This document shows, piece after piece, positions 13,901-25,900 of a DNA stretch of 64,000 nt. Below the pieces are notes generated by a model. It saw nothing but the letters and a program-made list of their open reading frames with translations, did no database searches and was not told the DNA's origin. The stretch is from Leptogorgia sarmentosa. Its lineage: Eukaryota. Position 1 is the first letter of the stretch. Every line of letters starts with the position of its first letter. The position numbers and the translations under genes are program-made. The stretch spans positions 15,438,001 to 15,502,000 of the forward strand of contig OZ210885.1 in assembly GCA_964658305.1 (NCBI GenBank), given 5' to 3'.

Positions 13901-16900
13901 TTGTTTGTTTTTTAGAGGGGGCTAACTTGACAGATCTATGTTGTTTTTGGACAGCTGTAAACGTACTACCAACTGGCAAGGACATGCTTGTTAAATTTGA
14001 CAGTGAAATAGAATTGCCTGTTGTGGAAACGTGCTTCATGAGCATGACCTTACCATCGAAATACAAGGTTTTCGAAGATTTTGCAAAACACATGGATATC
14101 GCCCTTAAATATGGGTCTAAGGGATTTACCTTTTCTTAAGATGCTATTTCATTTACATTGTATGTTGAGTTATGTTACATTTGATATTAAGTTATATCAC
14201 TTTGCTTAAGTAATAAACTCCACAGCATTAATATATAGTTCAACAACATCATGTATTAGCATTCCTTCAGGTGCAACAAATTGTGCCATACCTTCTACCC
14301 CTTGCAAATCCAAAGGACACACTGTTTCAGGCACTTCTACAGATTCTGACTCATGTGGTGGTACAGTCCTCCAAGATCTATGCCATAATTTGAAAAATCC
14401 CCCTAGCAAAGTTGAAAGAACATGGATTTTTTAGACGGTTATTTAGCATGTTGGATAACAAGGTTCCTGTCTTTAACTGAACATGAATGACATCTTGGAC
14501 TAAACTGGAAGTTTAAATGCTACTTGCCGTGCAATTTACAGTGTCCATTCTGTGTGCTGAATGACTATTATTTGACTCACATACACATGATTATACATTA
14601 TACAAGTTACAGATACATGCAATGTTGTATGACATTCTAATTAACATGTAACTTGTATTAACTTACCTGAAATGCCTCTCTTGATACATCCGAGCCACTG
14701 TGATACACATGGTGAAGCCACTTCACCCATAGTTGCATTGGTGTAGAATTTGTTTCTGTTCTCAGAGGATGATGTATCCAGGCATTCTTCCATGACTGTA
14801 AATGTCTATTCACTACTGGTAGGAAAACGGAATGAAGACACCACAAGTGAATATCGTTGTCAACGTCAAGCAGGCCACTCCTCTCCAATTCATGGAATGT
14901 GTTATAAAATAATACAAGGCATTCCTGAAATACATCTCTCCACAGTCTCTCTATACGTTGGTTATGTGTGCTTTTGCCTGCCAAAACAGATGTGAAAAAT
15001 TTAAATTCATTCATCAATTAATGTAACTTCTTTGGAACGTAATTTCCAGGCCATTATCACATGCATTGCAAGTTAGAAACCTGTAATCATGCTTCCTCTT
15101 CCTGATCCCCTTTGCGGATGTGAAATCATGTACCATGAAACATCAACATTTTCCCCTCCTTTGTCAGAGCGCACGCGGGATGGCAAACCAAATTCTTCAA
15201 CAGCCGCCACAAACAATTGAAGAACAGTGTCTGCCCTATTATTATTTGATGCATGTATATATACAGGTATCCTGGAATAACCATCAATTCCACCATGGAC
15301 AACAATCCTCCACCTAAATGAGAGAGGAGCACCTAATAATCAATCACACTATTTTATTTTGGTAATCGTCAATTGGAATATTTGGCTACTCTACTTAGCA
15401 TTAAGTAGTTAAAACAATACCGTATTAGCTTATGATTTCCATCTATGTGCCACAGGGCCAAGGGGGAATGTACATTGTACGTTCTTCTCTTAACAGCTTG
15501 CTTCCATCGTTGGGCAGCCCCAGAAGGATCTGTTCTTAGAAGTGATTGCCTAATTCTTTCTCGCTGTGTTCTGTGGCCTTTACTGTGAAGATATCCTTTG
15601 AGCATTCGGATGCCAATACTGGGATTCTCTCTTTGCGCAGACATCACTAGCATGTCCAGTTCGTCGTCCGTTATGTTACTGTATGTATCTAATTTCAATA
15701 AAAATTTTAAAAATTTCCACAACCAATTTATATGCAATTTTTTGGTACCTACATAATTTAGGGTGGACAAGAATTGACGAACCACTGACATTTATCGCAC
15801 AATAGAGGTATCAAACTCACCACAAATACTGATACCAAACGCTGCAAGTTTTCTTTGCACAGTTCGCTTCCCTACCCCCAAAACGCCGCTCATTTCCCCA
15901 GCTGTAAATCCTTGATCTACCAAAAATGCCAACTGCTCCCTTGAAATATCAATTGTTGGTCTTCCGCGACCTATAGAGGGAGTCGACGAAGCCTGATAGC
16001 CATAATACTGTGCATCACTGCCATGATTGCTATCCAGTACAAATCTTTCCAACTGCTGGTGTACTGAGGACATTGTATTTACAATTTCGTCAGGTACATC
16101 CAACGTAACGAGCATTCTGTTTAGGTAGTCAAGCCTTAATTTTACCAAATCAACATCGCTTGCATTGCTTAAATGCTCTATTGTGCCCGCTATTTCTTTT
16201 ATAGCATTTGTCACCGTGCTTATCGTTAGTTCCGCCATGTTGTCAACAACGCCACTATTTTGCACGTGTCTGAGAGATGACATCATTACGACACCCGATA
16301 CTTTTTAGCGGGCTTGGTACGTTCTGCAGATGTCAACATTCAACATTACAAATCGCAACATTTGATATTGCAAGTCGTAACATTGTTTGAATAAAAGATG
16401 TAAAAAAGATTCCGGGAAAGACAGTTGAGTTGTGAAATTGAAAGTTGATGTTCGTGAACTTTATTATTGTGTCATGTGAATTACGAGATTATAAAAAATG
16501 ACAAATATAAAATTATTGCGATTTTTTAGAGTAGAGTAGAGTAGTTTATAGTGTAGTGAAGTATTGCAGAGTATAGCATTGTATTATATAGAGTATAGCA
16601 TATGTACCGTCAGGTAATGTATTCATTGCATAGTATTGTATACTATTGTATACTACTTAATTAGTGCCGTATAGTACTCTAAGCCTGTCCCTTGATCTAC
16701 TCAAGTATCCTAGCAAAAAACTGAAATTTTGAAAGCTTAGGATAATTTGGATTAAAAAAACCCAGAAACTTGAACTTTACCTCTTTCATCATATTATTAA
16801 TAATTTTTTTGGCCTTGAAGTCCTTTGATGGTAAGGAAACATCATTTTCTGATGCTAATGCCTTTGTCTTATATTTTTCTTTCTCTCCAGCAGGAAGACT

Positions 16901-19900
16901 TCTCCACTGTTCACCCAGCTCTTTAAAGGAATCACAGCGGGATCCACTGGTGTCTGAAAATTAAATATACAAAGAATGTTTAAACAAAATCAGAATACAT
17001 CCTGTCCTATTATCATACCAATAACACTATTTGTCATGCACATGATAAATAAGTTATTCTAATTAACTAATGTCTGTACCTTTACTACCCTACTTTATTA
17101 TAGTTGCTGGCAACACTATTTCATAACTATCAAGGGTTAATGGGCTAACCTGATGCAATGTATACACAGTACTGTGAGACTCTTAATTACCTTTAAGCAG
17201 ATTTTCACTGGCAAAGACATTAAATCCAGATCTTTTTCTGATTAGCTTGCTTTTTGCTCTTTTAATAGATGTCCTTCCACTCACTTTGGCTTTATAATTA
17301 TTGATCCAGTGCTGGATGTAAAAATTACAATGTAAATCAATAAAGGTGTCTATGCTGGACATAGTATATCTCTTCTCAATTAATATTTAGTAAATAAAAA
17401 TTAAACTTCATATTGGTTAGTTAGTGGAAAAGATGATATATGACTATATATAACAGGGCTTAGTTATTTTAAACTGTTTAAATTTCATTTGTATATATGC
17501 ATCATCTCTCTACCAATTACCATGGATAGAGGACATGTGCAGGATGTACATATTCATTTCTAACAACCCTATCTCAGTTAATCCAAATTTCATATTAGAA
17601 ATCTAACAGTGGTATAGCACTCACTACAGGTATGCTATTGGGTTACTGAACGGTCCTACTAAACACCGTCCGCGCGAAAATCTGCTTTCTATTACTCTTT
17701 CTATTTAGTTTTTTATCATTAATCATTACAGTTCTACGCAATAATTTATAGTATGCTTATTAAAAAGGGACAAAACATCAAGATTTGTAATATATATAAA
17801 CATTTATATTATTATATACACATATCAAGATTGACATAATACATCAAGATTCGGTATATAAATTTATATACCAAGATATAAATATATATACCAAGATTAA
17901 AATATATATGTCAACATTTAAATATGTATGTCAAGATTCACATGTATGTATAAAGATATATATATAGCCTACATCAAGTCAACATCATGTCAAGATTCGT
18001 ACATGCTTATACTGATGAGTCAGACCGTTGGCCCTATAAATTTTGAATTTTTGATCAAAAAACAAATGATTGCAAGTTGTAAAGAGCACAGAAAAATGTG
18101 ATTCATTTATTGATTACATGGCGACAAAATTATATACATATTTTAGGCTTCTTAGCAGCTGGTGTAACTGTTTTTGTTAGTTAGATTATAATGATATCCG
18201 CAATAACATATACAAACAATCGCTTGCAAATGTTATCAATAGCAATGTTAACAATAGCTGCCATAGAAATCACTTCATTCACTTGTTAACAATAAACTAT
18301 AGGATTAATAAAAAATCTATGGAATGTGTTGCGAATCCTTGCAGTTCAATTCGTGGTAGTAGGCGATTAATTTTTCCAATACGTAAAAGGTTATGGCAAC
18401 TTTGGCAAGTGGTTTCTTTCATATCTTTCGCACATTTGTAGCCATTCATTACATGTTTATGTTAGTTAGATTATAATAATATCCGCAATAACATATACAA
18501 ACAATCGCTTGCAAATGTTATCAATAGCAATGTTAACAATAGCTGCCATAGAAATCACTTCATTCACTAATAAACTATAGGATTAACAGAAGAAAAACTG
18601 CTGTTTCCGCCTAATAACAATGAATAAAAGACCAAAACTACTAATGAGCATTCCAGAGATTTTTTAAGCAACCATGCAGTGTGACGTATGACTCACACAT
18701 GGTGCATTCATGGGTATTTACGCATAAATAGCGGCATGCTATGTCATAACCCGTCAGCTTTCATTGAAGCAAGTACTCCGCGTTCGCGATCGTTGGAATT
18801 TTCTACATTTTGTTAGCTTTGTTAATCAACGTTTTCTGAAAATGGGCAGAAAAAATTGCAAGCAAATTGAATATCCCTGTGGTACGTGTGATAAAGATTG
18901 TGAAGTAGGATCACCACCAGCTGTGTTTTGTGGTGACTGCAATCTGTGGTACCATGCGGTCTGCCAGCAGCTCACAGCCGAGATGATGAAAGCTCTGGAA
19001 AATGATGTTGTCCAAGATTATGTTTGCAAGAATTGCGCACAACAAGATGGCGAATGGGAAATGTGTTCTAGGATGCTAGTCCAATAACGTTTGGAAGTGA
19101 AGAACTGTTTCCAACAGTATCAGAGCCTGAAGCAGAATTTGCGGTGTCTGCAAGCAAGAGCCTCTGTTCATACAGTGCAGAGAATGAAGTATGTTGGACA
19201 GATATATTCGTATTGTTACATATTAGAAATATTGGTTATTGATATTTGATTATTTATAGTCCTCCGGCAAAAAACGAAAACGTATTGGGTCAATCTCTGA
19301 TGATGTCATTTTACCTTCGGACCTCGAAGAGAAAACGTTTCACAAGAGCTCAACAGAGGAACAAGACCTTGACAACGATTATTCAGATGAAGTTCGACCC
19401 GTATGTTTTTGAAAAAAAAATATATATATATAGTATAAATAAATATATTTAAATATATATATATCTTTAAGCATATTTTAATTCTTACTAATATTTATAA
19501 ATTTTAGAAGTCATTTGGCGTTGCTGAAACTAAATGTGTGCCACCTGGTGCCCATGAAGGAAATGGTTCTTTTCTTGCTGCTGACGAGGTCGTTAAAATT
19601 TTATTAGCCGAGGACCCCGATTGTTTGTGTACAGAACTACCAAAAGGTAGGAAAGAAAATGTATATTTTGTTGTGGATAACGATGAAAACATTAAGAGAC
19701 GGAATAGTGGGGGAAAGAGTAAGTTCCCAGACGACTGTGGAGCATGGTCAGATTCCTCGTCAACTAAAAAACATCATTATGTCTTTGAAAACGGGTCCCT
19801 TGTTTACATTGAATTGAAAAAGAAGTTATTTTGCAAGTATTCAAAAGGAGAAAAACGCCCATTAGATCCTCAGCCAAAAATGGATGACATTCTTATTCTT

Positions 19901-22900
19901 AAAAGATACTATACATCTCTAAAAAGAGCACCCGAGTATAAGAAGCGTGTTACGTGGGTGGAAAAATTTCCAACAAACAAATATCTAAATGTATTGCTGT
20001 TGTCGAGTATATTGGAATTTTTCCACAGAACGTTGTCCCTCATGGAAATGCCAAACACTGTAACGCAGACTATGTAAGAAGTAGTGAAGCAGTCAAAACC
20101 AAGTTGACAGAAAAATTTAAGAACAACAATGGTAGTCTTCTAGCACCTGGAAAAATTTATGAAGAAATGGTTTTAGAAGATCCAGAAAACGCACCACGAG
20201 ATCTTAAACAGGTACAGAATGTGAAATATTTAAAGAATAAGAAAAATAGACACCAAACAAACACTGAACACAGAAGAAAAAACATTGCTGATGATGTTCT
20301 AAGTTTATTGAACATGTTTCATGAACACCCTTTTGTCCAAGAGATCATTCAAACAAAAGGGAAACCTCCCTCGGTTATTTTGTACCTTATGATATCTTGT
20401 GCGGATGAGTACGAGTTTCAGTTGGCAGCTTTTGAATTGGAAGAAAAGTACAGCAAATTCATCCCAAAGTTTCTTCCATACTTTGTTCGATTAACAAAAT
20501 CCCTTCTCGAGTTCGTCTTCTTGCCAAGCAAAAACAATAATTGCGTTCCCATAGACTGGAAGAACAATTCATGCGAAAGCATGAACCACATTCTGAAACT
20601 TTTATGCAACTGGAAAGTCCAAAAAATGACAGATTTAGTCGAGAAAATTTTCAGGATCGTGAAACTGCAGTACGCTGACATGAAACGTGCCCTTTATGGC
20701 ATGGGCAATTTTCAGATTGCTCCATGGATGGCAGCGTGCAAGGTCAGCCAAACCAACTGGGCAACTAAGTCGGAAGAAGAGAAAGACAAACTTTTCCAGA
20801 AATTTTTAAAAGGCGTCCCGAAGAAAGAAAAGAAAATTAAGTCGACGGATGGAGGAAGATTGGAAATCCCCACAACACAGAAAGTTGCAAGAAAACCGGG
20901 ACAACGTAAACGAATAAAATCTGTACGAACTCGGTAAAATTGGTTAAAGTTATCAATCGTGTATGCTGTTATTGATCTAGTTTGTTATTATTTTTTTTCC
21001 TTTTGTAAATAGTGAAATTGGTATATAGTAATAGTTTCTTCTTGTAAATAAATAGTGTAATATAGTCAGTAGTCTTGTTAATATAGTGTGACATAGTGTA
21101 GTGGAAAAGAAGTTTTAAATACAATACAAAATACAGAACTTATCCGGTTTAATTAACCTTTTTTGCAAGTCGCGCCTTTTTTGCAAGTCGTGCCTTTTTT
21201 AACGAGTCGCGCCAATTTAGTCGCGCCTCGCGCCTTTGAGTCGCTACTCGCATGCCAGGGTGCATTTTACACAAAAGCTACGCCGAAGTTACGCCCGTGT
21301 CTTGACAAAGTCACGCCAAGAGCAAATAGAAACTCTATAAGATCACAAAATCATCGAGCAACGTTGCGCCAACAACACGATTTATTATGCAATCTCGATT
21401 GTGATTGACTAAGGACCTATAGGCAATATCTCCATGTCTTGCCAGTTGCCACCTACAATGACATGGATAATTAATTATGTTATAACTGTCGTTTGCTGCA
21501 TGCGCGTAGACAAAATAGCTGATAAATGTATTTTCAATGCATAATAATTAAACAATTATTGAATTCGGTGTTCGCATTCGCTTCGGCAGATAATGCAAAC
21601 TTCGGCTTGATAATTCTCAATATCATGCTCAACCTAATCGAATAATTGTTAAATGTATGATGTAGGCAGTAGCCTGGTTTTAGTTGTTGAATAGCAACCG
21701 TCAGATGAGCAGCAAAAAGTTTTCAAGTTAAGTTTCAACAAAACCGTCAATTGTAATATGAAAATCTAATCAGGATATTGTATAGTTGTCTAATAGTTCT
21801 AATCAGTTTTTATGAAATTGCTGTTCAATCAGTGTTGCCTTTGGAGAGAAAAGGACAACGACCTAAATCAGAATCGATCCGATCCACAACTTTAGAAACA
21901 CAGTACTTTTCAGAAAAGAATGCTCGTTGCCTATGTGGTCTCAGTTCATCATCACCATGAAGATATAGTTGGACGCTCTCGTGTATGATGGGCTCGCACT
22001 TCTTAAGTGAGGGTAAACACCAATTGAGTTTGGTTCGCCGGGCAAGTGTTTCATTTGACTGCCCACCGGATTGTTGCTGTGCTCTCATAGCGCTATAATA
22101 ACTTTCTGCTATTGCCTCAGGCCCTCCTTTCGACAACACGATGTCGATAATGGCACACGATGGTGGTTTGGCAATGCTGTATATTTCTTCATTGGCGTAG
22201 AAGGACTTGAAAACATTCTGCTCATGCAATCGAACATCGAACTCCTTTCCATTGGCAAACTTCATCTTGAAAAGGACATCAAGGCCATCGGAGTTGATCG
22301 ACTCAAACAATACAAGCTTGGAATCTTGTGGATGCAATGGAATGCTGTCTGCTCCTTGCAACATAAACCATTCGGGACAAAGTAACGTCCAAATCCCAGC
22401 CATTATTGCCTCTTTGATGCGACTCATGTATCGATGTGCGAGTCGTGGATCAAAGTCCATACCAGACTGTTTTATGTGTAACATCTTGGAGGCAGTGGCT
22501 AGTACAGCTTTACATTCTTCAACTCCATAACTTTCATACATTCCATCCGATGCAATTAATTTAACCGACCCTTCTGAAAAAACCCCACAATGCAATGTTA
22601 CCAATGTAGCTGCATCAAATACTTCGAGAATTGACAGTGAACTATCTGATGTCACAGACAGGACTCTTCTGTTCAAGGACTTCTCTAATTCCAATGCTAA
22701 GCTCTGGTGATCTTTACAGATTTCCTCTATTTCCCGTTCTTTCCAAACAAACCGCTTATCCAAAGCATCCTTTCCCTGATCTTTGGTAATGAGCCAGCCT
22801 TCGAGCAGCGTTACCTGTTGGTACTTGTATCCTGGCTTTATATTTTCCCGGCCAGCTTTTTCTAAGCGAGGGTATGCTGCGGCATCACCACGAGAAGCTT

Positions 22901-25900
22901 TTTCTAACTTTGCTTTCACTATTGGCCACCATAATTTTAGCTTCCAGATTAGGGTATCAAGAGATTGTACCCGTAGCATTAAGTCAACCACTGGTTGCAT
23001 AATATCGAGGAAGGCCAGTAAATCTGCTACAAAATCATACCCAGCAATCATATACTGAAGCTCCTCTTCCTCATCCCGGACTGGATTGAGCAGATCAAAT
23101 GCTTTCCAGAAGGAAGCGTAGCTGTTTTCAATCTTTAGCCATTGGTCGTAGGAGGAGCTTGCAAATCGTTGGCAAGCAAAAGGAACAGGTCTTCGTGCAG
23201 ATTTGTCCACAAGCTGTAAAAATGCAAAACCTTTGCCGTTAGCCAGGATCGAATTGAATATGTTGCATCTTTTTACAAATCTTCTGAACACATCACCAGC
23301 TTGTGTTTCTGAATCTTTCACATTGACAACTGCGAGATTTAGGATATGGGCGGGATCCCAAGTAACAGGCAGTGCTAGACTTTCCAGGCCATCTTCTGCA
23401 ATCTCTAAAATAGCCATCAGCTGTTTGCGAAATCCACCGGCTTGATATGGCCCATCAGCTGCAACACCACAGAGCCTGGAAAGAACTTCTTTTGAGAAGT
23501 TGTTCTCAATTGCTTCAAGAAGGAGTTTGGCCAATACATCGTACGAGGCTTGCTCGAAATCCTTGTAGACAGCTGGAGCATCAACAGGAATTGGGCACGG
23601 AGTACCAGATTCATTTCGTCCAACTACAAGAACAGCTTGATTGGTAATTCGAGCAGGAGTAGCCTTATCTATTGTTGCCCATATGTGAGGGGGCAATTGA
23701 GTTGAAGGAAGAGGTTGGTTCAGCCAGTCGTTGATTTTTCCGTTTACTGTCTTTTCTAAACAGTGCAGAATTTCACTGAATTTATTACGGCCGTGACCGA
23801 TATTGCCAACATCTACCCCACAACACGCCAGAAAAGATATCATCGTTTCGAAATTTCTGGCTGCTGCCCCAAGCTTGAGATCGGTAATTGCTGCCCGAAA
23901 TATATTACCCGTAGCCGAAGCTTTTCTCTTCATCATCTCTTTCTCTCGCTGATATGTCTCCATTGCAGTTTTATGAACCTTCGAACTTTCACCGCTTAAA
24001 CATAGGTGGTCCATGCAAGATTTCTTTTGCCTATACCAGGTTTGATTTCCTCCTTCAATTAGTTGGCGAGTAGTCCTTTTATCCAGGAAAAGTCCATTGC
24101 CAAGAGTACCGTTACTTGATGAACAAATCAGCCGCTGGGCTTCAAACGCGCTGAGACGACGAAGATTTGGTTTGGCAGTGATGTGGAGTCTGAAACAAGG
24201 TAAACAACGGAGTACACTAGTTTCCGAAACTTCATCATAAAAGAATTCAACGAACTCTGATAAATCGGTTAACTCGTAAATATTCTTTGCTTCCCGCATT
24301 ACCGAGATATTTGCACGAACGTTATCATCTTCAAACACCAACTGTTGGAGTGTGGTATGCTGACTTCCAAATTGGTCAACTTTAAGGGACAGCTTTTCAA
24401 TAGCGCAAACTACGTCCTTTAACGAGGTATCACTTGGGGTCGGAACTGTTGCTTCAGTTGTTTTTTTAAATGCAAGCAATGTGGCCTGACTCTTGCCTTT
24501 TGATGTTGTTGGTTGACTTGGTTCGGAACTATGTCCACATTCTTCTTTCTGGGTGAAAAGATCGAGATCTTCTTTTGTGTTACTCCTACGCATGATTTCA
24601 ATGGAAACAGCAGAAGGCTGCTCTTCGACGGAATTAAAACCACATTTGGTGTTTTTTTCTTGTGAGGTATTCGTGATTCTTGAAGCTTTGGAGTCTTGTT
24701 TTCGAAGAGACTGGATCTCTGGTGCATTTGATGGTACAATAGTACACTTGGACGATTCCGCTTCCTTGTGCCATCTTTCTTTGTGTCTTTTGATACTTGA
24801 TGTATCGTTTCTGCACAATGATGCAAATTTCTCATCTCTTTTTCCAAGAAGTGACAGTTTTAAACATTCCATGCAAGTGTACTTTTCTCGTAATTTTTCC
24901 GCTTTTGTCGGACCAAGGTTGCGTTTCTTCTCTGGAACAGGAACACCCTTTCTCCATTCCCACGCTGAATAACGTTTAGAGGCTGTTGCGTTCTTTTCCC
25001 TTTTCTCATGGTCTTGCGTTTTGAATGAAGCGGACGTTCGAGGAATCGTCTTACTAGTTCTGTTTTCTATTAAAAAGGTAAGCGGGCTTTCCATATATAC
25101 TGGTGAACAAAGACAGTTAGAAATTACAATCAACTCATTAACCATAATAACCACTGCATTATTTACCATCATTGTTGGTGTTGCAAGTAGTGCAAATCAC
25201 TTTTTGCCCGAATCCTTCCTCCCCTTCTGGAATACCACAATGCAAGTGGACAAACTTTTTACACTCCTTACATGAATGAGCGTCGCCAACACTTTGGAAA
25301 CAAACATGACACACCTTATCCATGGACTATGGTCTAATTGTTAATTAAAACCAAAATAACATAAAAGATTGTTTTGAAATTTGCACTCCGGTTAAATAAT
25401 TCAACGCAAATCATTAATGAACAAAAACTGCTTTAAAAACGATACTGCTGAAACAGTTTATAGAAACATTTTTCATACCTGAATAGTGAATATCTGATTT
25501 ATTCAATGATATAAGAATATTATTGATATAAGAGCATTAAACACTTTTTACCAGTTCATTTGATGCTGGAATAACAGAATTACATCTTATTTCGATTATT
25601 TCAATATAATAGTTCAATACGTTTCAATCGATTATTTGTTCAATCAATATTGACGTCGTGTCAACGTATGTGTTGCGTAACCGCGTGTAATCGAGGCCGC
25701 GATCAAAGCCGATCATTCAGCAGATTACTAGTTTTATTCGGTATACTTTATGTTAATGTGGCAGGCTCGTAGTCTGACTTTAATTTACAGCCAATGGAAT
25801 ATGGCCCCCAAACTGAAACTCCTAAAGGTAGACTAATTTAAAATAACTAAAATTTCGTAGCTTTAACTTTTTATTTATACATTGTATCAAACTTTATAAA

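Larger units (their letters stand above)
10958..16526. mobile_element. IS3EU-type DNA transposon #1 (transposase + HECT gene), right terminus truncated
   Basis: Begins TATGGCGTTCC (TAY terminus). A ~265-bp inverted repeat pairs 11116-11381 with 16261-16526. The outer ~158 bp of the right TIR is missing, so no TSD can be read. Contains two convergent spliced genes. Confidence 0.85.

Noticed and set aside
22071..25275. Many short plus-strand ORFs
   Set aside because: They are antisense or alternate-frame shadows of the 1115-aa transposase; the same applies to shadows over other transposases.
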